From NCBI GenBank assembly GCA_020634075.1, contig JACKCJ010000013.1, forward strand, positions 3,298 to 67,297: a stretch of 64,000 nucleotides of DNA, in the 5' to 3' direction. The notes beneath the pieces are model-generated. The model did not search any database, was not told where the DNA came from, and saw only the letters and a program-made list of their open reading frames with translations. The stretch is from Dehalococcoidia bacterium (lineage in GTDB: Bacteria; Chloroflexota; Dehalococcoidia; UBA2979). Positions 27,385 through 38,289 of the stretch are shown piece by piece. The position numbers and the translations under genes were made by a program. Each line of letters begins with the position of its first letter. Position 1 is the first letter of the stretch.

Positions 27385-28161
27385 CTACCTCCCTCGGCGG
27401 CGCTGGCGGTGGCCGTAGGAGCGGATCGCGCGGAGGAAGTCGATGCGTCGGAACGCCGGCCAGAGGGCGTCGCAGAAGTAGTACTCGCTGTATGCGCTCT
27501 GCCAGAGCATGAAGCCCGAGAGCCGAAGCTCGCCCGAGGTGCGGATGATGAGGTCCGGGTCGGGGACGTCCGGCGCGTAGAGGTAGCTGGAGATCTCGTC
27601 CGCCTCGAGGCCGGCGATCAGACCCTCGAGCGAGTCGCCTCGCGTTGCGCGGTCGGCGAGCATCCGGCGCACCGCGTCGGCGATCTCCTCGCGGCCGCCG
27701 TAGCCGACGGCGACCAGCAGCTCCGCCTCAGTGTTCCCGGCGGTCGCGTCCTCGAGGCGCTCGATCGCGGCGAGGGTGCGGGCGGGGAGGAGGTCGCGCC
27801 GGCCGACGGCGCGCACGCGCCGCGGATGCTGGGCGCGCGCCTGCATCTCGAGCAGCCCGTCGATGCGCTCCTCGACGATCTCGAAGATCGCCTCCAGTTC
27901 GTCCTCGGGACGCTGAAAGTTGTCGGTCGAGAGGATCCAGAGCGTGAGCACGGGGATCTCGAGCTCGTCGCACCAGCGCACGAGTCGCTCGATCGTGTCG
28001 GCTCCGCGCCGGTGGCCGTCGCCGCTCGAGGCGAGCTGGGCGGTCCGGGCGAAGCGTCGGTTGCCGTCCGGCAGGACGCCGATGTGCCGTGGCATCGGGG
28101 TGCTGCGGACCTGGCGTTCGAGCTGACGCTCGTACCAGCGGTAGATGAGGGTTCGAAGCAT
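27385..28161 (-). CDS. uppS: isoprenyl transferase / undecaprenyl-diphosphate synthase family (cis-prenyltransferase)
   Basis: HIGVLPDGNRRFA and DLIIRTSGELRLSGFMLWQSAYSEYYF motifs. ATG 28161 lies 6 nt after GGAGGA; ATG 28167 is the alternative. Confidence 0.9.
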   Translation of the reverse strand: MLRTLIYRWYERQLERQVRSTPMPRHIGVLPDGNRRFARTAQLASSGDGHRRGADTIERLVRWCDELEIPVLTLWILSTDNFQRPEDELEAIFEIVEERIDGLLEMQARAQHPRRVRAVGRRDLLPARTLAAIERLEDATAGNTEAELLVAVGYGGREEIADAVRRMLADRATRGDSLEGLIAGLEADEISSYLYAPDVPDPDLIIRTSGELRLSGFMLWQSAYSEYYFCDALWPAFRRIDFLRAIRSYGHRQRRRGR

Positions 28162-28237
28162 CGTCATTCCTCCGGTGACTGGATGAGTCTGCAAATGACT
28201 CTGTGATGCAAAGTTGAGGCGAAAAAAGAGAGGGCGC

Positions 28238-28603
28238 CTAGCCGCCGCGGGCGATCCTGATCAGCGCCTCCATGTGCTCGACATACCGCTGGAGCGCGTC
28301 GCGCCCCTCCGGCGTCAACTCGTACTCCGTCCGGGGGACGCGTCCCTCGAAGCTCTTCAGCGCCCGCACGTACCCGGCATCCTCGAGCTTCCGGGCGTGG
28401 GCGCTGAGGTTGCCGTCCGTCAGGTCGAGGAGCGTCTTCAGCTCGACGAACCCCAGGCGCTCGTTGGCCGCGAGGGCGCTCACGATCGCGAGCCGCGTGC
28501 GCTCGTGGATGACGGTGTCGAGCTGTGCGGATCGCGCGATGGTCCGTTCGGCCGAGGGCCGGGCGTCGTCGTCGCGCCGGCGTGCCGCGGAAGAGTCAGC
28601 CAC
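28238..28603 (-). CDS. winged-helix transcriptional regulator (MarR/ArsR-like wHTH)
   Basis: 121 aa. HERTRLAIVSALAANERLGFVELKTLLDLTDGNLSAHARKLEDAGYV...EYELTPEGRDAL. Overlaps the upstream membrane gene by 8 nt. Confidence 0.75.
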   Translation of the reverse strand: MADSSAARRRDDDARPSAERTIARSAQLDTVIHERTRLAIVSALAANERLGFVELKTLLDLTDGNLSAHARKLEDAGYVRALKSFEGRVPRTEYELTPEGRDALQRYVEHMEALIRIARGG

Positions 28604-29201
28604 CGTAGCGCCTCGCGATCACGGCGCCGAAGGCAACGTGCAGGCCGCCGAACCCGGCTCCGAGCAGTGGCATCGCCCACCCATCGGGCGCGACGAACGC
28701 GGTTGCGCCGACGGCCATGAAGCTCAGGCCGAGCGCGGGGAGCAGCCGCACGGAGAACGCCCCGGCAGCTGCGATCGCCGCGCCGTAGAGGACGAGCCAC
28801 GTCCCCGGCAGCAGGTCGAAGAGCCCCTCGCGCTGGAGCACGAGCGTGAGGATGCCACCGGCCGCCAGAGGCGGGAGGAGGCCAAGGGCGAACTTCTGCG
28901 CCGGCGACGCGAGCAGGCGTGGCCAGTGGCCGCGAGCCTTCAGCAGCGTTGCCACCACGCCGATCGAGACGGCGATGACCGCCTCGGCCTCCCACGCCAG
29001 GATCGCCGCGCGCTCCGAGGACTGCGCGGTGGCGACGGCCGCCGTCACGAGGGCGGTCAGCCCGATGAGCACCATTCCGGTGCCCGAGATGTCCGTGAAC
29101 CGGGACGACCCCTCCATCGCGGAGCGGATGAACCGGAGGTTCTCCGCCGCGCGGTCGGCCAACTGAGGCGGTGCGTCGAGGTCGGCGAGGGATCGCTGCA
29201 T
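28596..29201 (-). CDS. hypothetical polytopic membrane protein (co-transcribed with wHTH regulator)
   Basis: 201 aa with 5-6 hydrophobic segments and strong GC3. Confidence 0.6.
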   Translation of the reverse strand: MQRSLADLDAPPQLADRAAENLRFIRSAMEGSSRFTDISGTGMVLIGLTALVTAAVATAQSSERAAILAWEAEAVIAVSIGVVATLLKARGHWPRLLASPAQKFALGLLPPLAAGGILTLVLQREGLFDLLPGTWLVLYGAAIAAAGAFSVRLLPALGLSFMAVGATAFVAPDGWAMPLLGAGFGGLHVAFGAVIARRYGG

Positions 29202-29287
29202 GGGATGAGCATAGCGAGAACGCGGGAGCGGTAAAGTACTTTGCGGTGCAGATCTGGTGCCGACCTCAGCATTGCGAGGCCGCGCGA

Positions 29288-29647
29288 TCAGCCGAGGACC
29301 GGCTCCAACTCGATTACCGCTTCTTCCTCGTCGCCAGGGGCGAGGACCACCGTGAGGTCGGTCGAGGACTCCGGCAGACGGAAGCGAAGCGACGACTCCA
29401 CGGTCGTGTCGGGGAGCGTCGGCTCGTACCAGCCGTCATCGAGGTTCACGGGCTCGTAGATGCCGCCCTGGCCGTCCCGCAGTTCCACGGCCGGCGCACG
29501 GCCCGCCTCGCCAAGGGGGCGATCGGGATTCTCGATCGACGCGCGCAGCTCGAGTTCATCGATCCCGGGGACGTTCGAGTCCGGACGGCGCTCGTAGCCC
29601 TCGAACGTGAAGAGCAGCTTCCCAACCCGGATCGCCTCGGTTGCCAT
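29288..29647 (-). CDS. hypothetical protein (119 aa, acidic, no signal peptide)
   Basis: ATG 29647 has a GGAGGA SD. I recognise no motif. Confidence 0.5.
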   Translation of the reverse strand: MATEAIRVGKLLFTFEGYERRPDSNVPGIDELELRASIENPDRPLGEAGRAPAVELRDGQGGIYEPVNLDDGWYEPTLPDTTVESSLRFRLPESSTDLTVVLAPGDEEEAVIELEPVLG

Positions 29648-29912
29648 CGACGTCCTCCGATCACCACCGAACCGGCTCACGAGTCCTCGCCGCGAGCGTC
29701 GGTGGCCACTCGACCAGCGTCGCAGCTGTTCCCTCGTGCTCGCGTTGCCGCCGCGCCACGCACGGTTGCGGCGGCGTGACGATGCCCAATCGCGACCTCC
29801 GGTGTGTCGGAGCTTCGTCGATTGTCAGGAGCCCGCAACGCCGTCCCGGTGCACGGCAAGGCCACCCATGCGGTCGGCCTCGTAGGTTGCGAAGGCAGGA
29901 CAGGAGGGCCCC

Positions 29913-30650
29913 GTGCCAGCATCCGAACCGCTCACGATTGACGCCGGAGGGGTCGACCTCCGGGCTGAGATGCACCTCCCCGCCGAGCAGACCGGTGTCG
30001 TCGTCATCCCCGAGGTCTCCGCGACGATGGAGAACGTCATGCTCGACGCGGTCGCGAGCCGACTGCGCGACGCCGACCTCGGCGTCCTCCGCATCGCGCT
30101 CCTCACAGAGGACGAAGCGGCGGACGGGAACATCGAGGGGCTGCGGCCCGCGCCGGACGTGATGGGCGGACGGCTCGGTGCCGTGCTGGACTGGATGGCG
30201 CTCGATGACCGCATGGCAGTTCTGCCGTTTGGGCTGCTCGGCACGGATACCGGAGCGGCAGCCGCACTCGTGGCCGCAGCTGACCGCGCCGAGCGGATTG
30301 GCGCCATCGTGTCCGCACTTGGTCAGCCGGCCCTCGCCGGCGATGCCCTCGACCGCGTTGGCGCTCAGACGCTGCTCGTCGTGGGGAACGGCGACGCCCT
30401 CTCCGTCGACGGGGCGAACGAGGCCGCGCGACGGCTGGGCGCCGTGAGCCAGGTCGAGCGGATCGAGTCCGCCGGCTACGCCCTGCGCCCCGACGAGCTG
30501 GATGCGATCGGCACGCTCGCCGCGGACTGGTTCACGACGCACCTCGTGACGATGGAGTCGCCGATCGACGTGCCCGAGCCGGAACACTTCGAGGACATGC
30601 ACGCCGACCGCTTCCCGCCGCAGCAGGGCAAGGTGAAGCCGAACCACTAG
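29913..30650 (+). CDS. dienelactone-hydrolase-like alpha/beta fold protein with apparently degenerate catalytic residues
   Basis: 245 aa. GTG start after GGAGGG. The architecture matches DLH-like proteins (LGTDTGAAAALVAAA ... TLLVVGNGD ... WFTTHL). However, the nucleophile elbow reads GTDTG rather than GxSxG. Confidence 0.6.
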   Translation: MPASEPLTIDAGGVDLRAEMHLPAEQTGVVVIPEVSATMENVMLDAVASRLRDADLGVLRIALLTEDEAADGNIEGLRPAPDVMGGRLGAVLDWMALDDRMAVLPFGLLGTDTGAAAALVAAADRAERIGAIVSALGQPALAGDALDRVGAQTLLVVGNGDALSVDGANEAARRLGAVSQVERIESAGYALRPDELDAIGTLAADWFTTHLVTMESPIDVPEPEHFEDMHADRFPPQQGKVKPNH

Positions 30651-30714
30651 GGGCCCGCGGCCGTACTCCACGCAGCCGTGCTCCGCGCAGGAGGAACTCC
30701 GAGCGCGCGGGCCG

Positions 30715-33105
<2,391 letters not shown>

Positions 33106-33172
33106 GCGTCGTGCCTCCTCGGTTGGGGCGGTCGCCGGCGGGCAGGCCCGCCGGCGTGTGTGAGTCAGGGGG

Positions 33173-33580
33173 CTAGGCGAGTTGCTGGATCCGGAGGAGG
33201 TTTCCCGCCGGGTCGCGCACGGCGCAGTCGCGCACGCCATACGGCTGGTCGGTCGGCTCCTGCACGATCTCCGTGTCCGTGGCCTGCAGCCGCTCGAACA
33301 GCGCGTCGAGGTCCTTCGAGCCGAGCACCAGGCTCGCGTAGGTGCCCTTCGCCATCATCTCGCTGATCGTGCGCTGCTCATCCTCGGAGATGTTCGGGTC
33401 GGCGAACGGCGGGTTGAGGACGATCGAGGTCGTCGATCCGGTGGGGCCGACGGTCAGCCAGCGCATGCCCTCGTAGCCCACGTCCTGGCGCACCTCGAAG
33501 CCGAGGAGGTCGCGGTAGAAGGCGAGTGACGCCTCCGGGTCGGTGTGGGGCAGGAAACAGTGCTGAATCGTGACGTCCAT
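33173..33580 (-). CDS. VOC (glyoxalase/bleomycin-resistance/dioxygenase) family protein
   Basis: 135 aa. [30 protein letters not shown] ... [19 protein letters not shown] is the typical paired beta-alpha-beta-beta-beta pattern. Confidence 0.85.
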   Translation of the reverse strand: MDVTIQHCFLPHTDPEASLAFYRDLLGFEVRQDVGYEGMRWLTVGPTGSTTSIVLNPPFADPNISEDEQRTISEMMAKGTYASLVLGSKDLDALFERLQATDTEIVQEPTDQPYGVRDCAVRDPAGNLLRIQQLA

Positions 33581-33622
33581 GGCGGTCGCTCCTTCTGAAC
33601 GGTGAAAGCCGATGACGTCACG

Positions 33623-34105
33623 CTACGTCTGGGTGGGCGCCGTCGCTTCTCGATTCCTGACCGGTCTGCTGACCCGCTTCGCCACGCAGGCCGGGATGCC
33701 GGCCATCGGAATCCCGGCGGGCGGCAGGTTCGTCGTCGGCAGCCCGGCAGCCTCCCGGGCCGCCTCGCGCCGGTACGTGCTCGGCGAGATCCCGACGAGC
33801 TCCGTGAAGCGGGTGCTGAACGTGCCGAGCGAAGCGCAGCCGACCTCGAGGCAGACCTCGGTGACGCTGAGGTCGCCCCGGCGCAGGAGCGCCATCGCGC
33901 GCTCGATCCGTCGGGTCATCAGGTAGCTGTACGGCGACTCGCCGTAGGCACGCTTGAACTGCCGGCTCAGGTGCCCGGAAGACATCCCGACGGTGCGCGC
34001 GAGTGCCTCGACGTCCAGCGGCTTCGCGTACTCGCGGTCGATCCTGTCGCGGACGCGTCGGAGCAACCGGAGGTCATCGAGGTGGGGGGCGGTCGAGGTG
34101 CTCAC
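33623..34105 (-). CDS. AraC-family transcriptional regulator (HTH domain only, short)
   Basis: 160 aa. LDVEALARTVGMSSGHLSRQFKRAYGESPYSYLMTRRIERAMALLRRGDLSVTEVCLEVGCASLGTFSTRFTELVGISPSTY. Confidence 0.85.
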   Translation of the reverse strand: MSTSTAPHLDDLRLLRRVRDRIDREYAKPLDVEALARTVGMSSGHLSRQFKRAYGESPYSYLMTRRIERAMALLRRGDLSVTEVCLEVGCASLGTFSTRFTELVGISPSTYRREAAREAAGLPTTNLPPAGIPMAGIPACVAKRVSRPVRNREATAPTQT

Positions 34106-34348
34106 GTGAGGATGGTGCCATTCGAGCGAGGGCGCGACAAGGCGAGCGTGTCCCGCCGGCCCGTGATCGCCCCCGCGTCACCCCCACTCGCGGCCCTCCC
34201 TCCATATCTATAACGAACGTGATTGACCGGCGAGATCCGACGTGACGACACTCCGGACGGGTCGCGCTCACACGGAGGGGAGTCTCACAGCGAGCCGGGC
34301 GCTGGGCGTGCGCGTGCGGTTTGCCGTCGAGGGTCACGGAGGGAACCT

Positions 34349-36163
34349 GTGCCCGGATCGGTCAACGTTCGATCACGCATCTCACGACGAAGTCTGCTTC
34401 GAGGCAGCGCGCTGGGCTTCACCGGCCTGGCCGGCGCCGCGCTCATCGGCTGCTCAAGCGACAGTGGGGGTGACGCTCCCGGTGACGGGACGCCGACCGG
34501 CACCGTCGCCGGGACGTCAACGGCCACGTCCATGAGCGGGCCGCCCGGGGACCTCCGGGTCGCCCCCGGACGCTACGAGGGCGTCCTGCCTCCCACGACG
34601 GCCGAGGCGGATCCCGCCGGGAACGCCCGCTACGGCGGCACGCTCTACACGCGCTACCTCGACCCGCCCCACATGGACTTCAACCAGACGCTCTCGTGCA
34701 CCATCAACACCACGATGGACTACACGAAGAACAAGCTCACGAGGGCCAAGCTCAACGCCACGTCCAACCCCAACAAGATCGACATCGAGGGGGACCTTGC
34801 CGACACGTGGGAGGTCGAGGGCGACGCGACCAAGTTCACGTTCACGCTGCGCCCCGCGAAGTTCCAGAACGTGGAGCCGACGAACGGCCGCGACCTCACC
34901 TCGGAGGACGTGAAGCTCTCGTTCGAGCGCTACCAGGCCGGCGGAACGCAGCGCGACATGTTCAGCGAGGTCACCTCGATCGAGACGCCGGACGACAAGA
35001 CGGTGATCGTCAACCTCGGCCGCCCGGTCGTGGAGTTCCCGCGGAACATCGCCGCGTGGTCCCACATCGACGCGCGCGAAATGATCGAGGACCAGGACTT
35101 CCTCAAGGAGCACGCCGTCGGCACCGGGCCGTTCATCCAGGAGGACTGGAAGCGGAAGGAGGGGACGGTCTTCACGCGGAACCCCGACTACTTCGAGGAG
35201 GGCCTGCCGTACCTCGACGAGGTCGTCGCGCGCGTCTTCAACGACACCGCCACCCAGCGCGCCGGCTTCGTCACCAACAACCTCGTGGAGTTCGGCGCCC
35301 GCGACGAGGACGACGCGGCCGACCTCCTGTCCGAGGTGCCCGACGCCGTCCACCTCGTCGGCGAGCGCCTCCAGGGCGCCAACTCGATGGTGGTCGTCTT
35401 CCAGATGAACAACCCCGTGATGCAGGACGAGCGCGTCCGCCGCGCCGTCAGCATGGCCGCCGACCGCAAGGAGTACTCGCTCTCGAGGAGCTACGCGGGC
35501 GACGGCTTCCCGTACCCGGCGCTCGGCTGGCAGCCGATCTTCGACCAGCGGCCCACGCTGGAGGAATGCGGGCCGTGGTACCAGTTCAACCCGGAGGAGT
35601 CGTCGAAGCTCCTCCAGGCGGCCGGGTACAGCTCGGACAGCCCGCTCGACTTCGAGGTGACGCAGTTCTACCTGCAGGCGTTCTACCAGTTCGACGACCT
35701 GGTGCTGCCGATGCTGAACGCGATCCCGGAGCTCGACATCACCTCGCGCGCGGTCGACAACCCGACCAGCGTGGTCATGCTCAACAACCGGGAGTTCGAG
35801 TCGGCGCATGGGATGACGTTCGGGCCGCCGGCGTACTCGGTGGACCAGATCGCCTTCCCGTTCATGCACTCCACGGGTGGCGCCAACTTCGGGAGCATCG
35901 ATGACCCCGAGCTGGACCAGCTGATCGAGGCGCAGCGGGAGGAACTGGACGACGAGGCGCGCCGCGACCTCTGGCACCAGATCTGGGACCGCGACCTCGA
36001 CCAGGTCTACTACATGTACCTGCCCGAGAACGCCGCCCGGCACAGCGTCTGGCACAACTACATGCTGAACTTCCGGCCCCACGGTCTCGGCACATACACG
36101 TGCTACGGCAACGGCATCGCCCGCTCCGTGTGGCTCGACGAGGACACGCCGACGCCCGGCTGA
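34349..36163 (+). CDS. ABC transporter substrate-binding protein, family 5 (peptide/nickel type), Tat-signal lipoprotein
   Basis: GTG 34349 lies 5 nt after GGAGGG. The signal SRISRRSLLRGSALGFTGLAGAALIGCSS combines a twin-arginine motif with a lipobox. The body is SBP_bac_5-like (DIEGDLADTWEV..., RNPDYFEEGLPYLDEV). Confidence 0.9.
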   Translation: MPGSVNVRSRISRRSLLRGSALGFTGLAGAALIGCSSDSGGDAPGDGTPTGTVAGTSTATSMSGPPGDLRVAPGRYEGVLPPTTAEADPAGNARYGGTLYTRYLDPPHMDFNQTLSCTINTTMDYTKNKLTRAKLNATSNPNKIDIEGDLADTWEVEGDATKFTFTLRPAKFQNVEPTNGRDLTSEDVKLSFERYQAGGTQRDMFSEVTSIETPDDKTVIVNLGRPVVEFPRNIAAWSHIDAREMIEDQDFLKEHAVGTGPFIQEDWKRKEGTVFTRNPDYFEEGLPYLDEVVARVFNDTATQRAGFVTNNLVEFGARDEDDAADLLSEVPDAVHLVGERLQGANSMVVVFQMNNPVMQDERVRRAVSMAADRKEYSLSRSYAGDGFPYPALGWQPIFDQRPTLEECGPWYQFNPEESSKLLQAAGYSSDSPLDFEVTQFYLQAFYQFDDLVLPMLNAIPELDITSRAVDNPTSVVMLNNREFESAHGMTFGPPAYSVDQIAFPFMHSTGGANFGSIDDPELDQLIEAQREELDDEARRDLWHQIWDRDLDQVYYMYLPENAARHSVWHNYMLNFRPHGLGTYTCYGNGIARSVWLDEDTPTPG

Positions 36164-36196
36164 TCCCGGCCTGCCGCATGATGCGATGCTCAGATG

Positions 36197-36234
36197 CAGG
36201 AAGCCGCCCGAGAGGACGGCTTCCTGTGTGTTCC
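36197..36234 (+). terminator. intrinsic terminator after the SBP gene
   Basis: CAGGAAGCCG-cccgagagga-CGGCTTCCTG, followed by TGTGTGTT. Confidence 0.6.
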
Positions 36235-36261
36235 TGCCGTGATCGGCGGCGACGAGTCCGG

Positions 36262-36304
36262 GGACAAAAGGAAACCCGCCTCGGCCTCTTCGGCCTGGCG
36301 GGTT
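36262..36304 (-). terminator. intrinsic terminator immediately after tRNA-Asp
   Basis: Minus strand reads AACCCGCCAGGCC-GAAGA-GGCCGAGGCGGGTT, followed by TCCTTTTGT. Confidence 0.7.
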
Positions 36305-36305
36305 A

Positions 36306-36382
36306 TGGCGACCCCGATCGGATTCGAACCGACGATCTCCACCGTGACAGGGTGGCGTGTTAGGCCTCTACACCACGGGGCC
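36306..36382 (-). tRNA. tRNA-Asp (anticodon GUC), CCA encoded
   Basis: The reverse complement GGCCCCGTGGTGTAGAGGCCTAACACGCCACCCTGTCACGGTGGAGATCGTCGGTTCGAATCCGATCGGGGTCGCCA folds by hand into a cloverleaf: 7-bp acceptor, anticodon loop CTGTCAC, T-loop TTCGAAT, discriminator G. Confidence 0.9.
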
Positions 36383-36394
36383 GTGCGTCCGCTC

Positions 36395-36424
36395 AGGATA
36401 TCTCGGCGGCTCGATCTCGGTCAA
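36395..36424 (-). promoter_or_regulatory. candidate sigma-70-type promoter of tRNA-Asp
   Basis: Minus strand TTGACC-N18-TATCCT, ending about 12 nt upstream of the mature tRNA 5' end. Confidence 0.5.
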
Positions 36425-36510
36425 CGACTGCCACGCTCTCCGATGCGGGCGGGCCGCTGTCGCGCAGGCGGGGGCGTACCTACACTGACCACGATCGCCG
36501 AGGAGGCACC

Positions 36511-36753
36511 ATGGGACGCGAACGACGCCGACGCACTCGCCGCACCGCTCGACAGGGCGCGCCGTCCGTCGAGATCTCGGCGCCCGGCGACACGCACACC
36601 TCGACGGCCGGGCACCACATCCAGGTGCGCTCGGACCGCGTCCTCGCCCGCGAGGCGCAGACGATGATCGACGAGCTGAAGCGCGTGCTCGTGGTCTCCG
36701 GCGTCTGCTTCGGGATGCTCGCGGTCCTCGTCGTCATCGAGCGGATGCAGTAG
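36511..36753 (+). CDS. hypothetical small tail-anchored protein (80 aa)
   Basis: ATG preceded by GAGGAGG. Arg-rich N-terminus (MGRERRRRTRRTARQ) and a single C-terminal TM (VLVVSGVCFGMLAVLVVI). Confidence 0.5.
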   Translation: MGRERRRRTRRTARQGAPSVEISAPGDTHTSTAGHHIQVRSDRVLAREAQTMIDELKRVLVVSGVCFGMLAVLVVIERMQ

Positions 36754-36785
36754 CCACCACGCTCCAGGCCTGATCGGCCGCCCTG

Positions 36786-37289
36786 CTAGCGCAGTCGACC
36801 CCACACCGCGACGCTCCCCACGCCGACGATCATCAGTCCGGCGAGGTCGAACACCAGCTCACCCGACAGCACCATCCTCACGGCGAGCGCTCCCACGAGC
36901 GTGGCGACGCCGATGAGCTGCATCGCCATGCCGCGCTTCCCGTTGGTGACGCGATGGATCGCCTCGCCGACCAGCCCGCCGACGGCGGAGCCGACGAACA
37001 GCGCCAGCAGGAGGAACAGCCCTCGGAACCCTCCGACGGGGAAGAGGATCGCGCCGATGAAGCCCAGGGCCGCGGCCAGGACCACGCCGACGCCGAGCGC
37101 CTTCGCGTAGTCCACCGGGGCGAGCTCGTACATCGGCGGGCGGCGCAGCTTGGCGCAGTCGGGGCAGCGGATGCCCCCGGGTGTGTGAATCATGCAGCGC
37201 GGGCAGATCGGCGTCCCGCAGCGGCCGCACTCGAGGGCGGTCTCGACGTCGGGGTGTCGGGCGCAGAAGACGATCGGCTCGGCGGTCAT
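36786..37289 (-). CDS. membrane protein with N-terminal B-box-type zinc ribbon
   Basis: CARHPDVETALECGRCGTPICPRCMIHTPGGIRCPDC, followed by about 4 TM. Its ATG overlaps the PHP gene stop (ATGA). Confidence 0.7.
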   Translation of the reverse strand: MTAEPIVFCARHPDVETALECGRCGTPICPRCMIHTPGGIRCPDCAKLRRPPMYELAPVDYAKALGVGVVLAAALGFIGAILFPVGGFRGLFLLLALFVGSAVGGLVGEAIHRVTNGKRGMAMQLIGVATLVGALAVRMVLSGELVFDLAGLMIVGVGSVAVWGRLR

Positions 37290-38197
37290 GCTCGCGCCTC
37301 CGTGCCCGGCGCCGAGGTGAGGTCGATGTCCGGCACGTTCGCGCAGCCACGCTCACGCGCGACCTCCAGCAGTCGTGCCACGGCCTCCCGTGGCATGTCG
37401 AAGTGGCCCGGCTCGTGCTCGTGCTCCCGCTCGAGGCCGTGGAAGTCCGATCCGCCGGAGGGCACGAGGTCCAGGCGCTCGGCGAGCGCGCGGAGCGACT
37501 CGACGACCTCGGGCTCGTAGTGGCGGTAGTAGACCTCGATGCCGTCAAGGCCCATGCCCGCGAGTCCCTCGGCGATGCGCTCGTAGTCGGCGGTGAACGG
37601 CGGGTGGGCGAACACGGCGAGGCCGCCCGCACCGTGGATGAGTTCGATCGCCTCCTGCGGATAGAGCCGCTTCCCCTCGATGTACGCGGGGGAGTTGCGG
37701 CCGAGGTAGCGCGCGAACGCCTCGTCGACGTCGGCGACGTGCCCCGCCTCGATCAGGGCGCGGGCGAAGTGAGGGCGTCCCACGGAGGCCTCACCGGCGA
37801 TCTCGCGGACGCGGCCCCACGACACCGGCACTCCGAGGCTCGCCAGCGCCGCCGTGATCGCCTCACCGCGCTCGATGCGCATGCGGTGGGCCTCGGCGAT
37901 CTCGGTGCGAAATGCGTCGTCGGTCGGGTCGACGAAGAGCCCGAGGATGTGGACCTCGGTGCCCGGTTCGTAGCACCCGAACTCCACGCCCGGCACGAAT
38001 GCCATCCCGGGGTGGGCGGCCACGGCCGCGCGTGCCTCGTCGAGCCCGTCGAGCGTGTCGTGGTCCGTCAGGGCGAAGACGCGGACGCCGTGCGCGGCGG
38101 CCATCGCGACGAGGTCAGCCGGGGAGCGCGTGCCGTCGGAGCGGTTCGAGTGGCAGTGGAAGTCGCCCTCGCTGCTCACGCCTGCTCCGTTCGTCAC
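37286..38197 (-). CDS. PHP-domain metal-dependent phosphoesterase (TrpH/YciV-like)
   Basis: GDFHCHSNRSDGTRSPADLVAMAAAHGVRVFALTDHDTLDG ... GGSDFHG. GTG 38197 (or 38179) was chosen; most of the 511-aa track ORF is an Arg-rich artefact. Confidence 0.85.
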   Translation of the reverse strand: MTNGAGVSSEGDFHCHSNRSDGTRSPADLVAMAAAHGVRVFALTDHDTLDGLDEARAAVAAHPGMAFVPGVEFGCYEPGTEVHILGLFVDPTDDAFRTEIAEAHRMRIERGEAITAALASLGVPVSWGRVREIAGEASVGRPHFARALIEAGHVADVDEAFARYLGRNSPAYIEGKRLYPQEAIELIHGAGGLAVFAHPPFTADYERIAEGLAGMGLDGIEVYYRHYEPEVVESLRALAERLDLVPSGGSDFHGLEREHEHEPGHFDMPREAVARLLEVARERGCANVPDIDLTSAPGTEARA

Positions 38198-38289
38198 TGC
38201 GGTGGGGACACCTCCAGTGTCCCACAGGCCCGGCCGGCTCCCCGCCCCGAGTGCTAACGGAGTGCTAGTGAGCGATCCCTGGCTCGAGC

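Noticed and set aside
36164-36510. tRNA-Asp as the integration site of a genomic island carrying the AraC-VOC-UvrA paralog genes.
   Set aside because: There is no integrase or recombinase gene. I could find no direct repeat of the tRNA 3' end, and there is no obvious compositional break. The tRNA has its own promoter and terminator.
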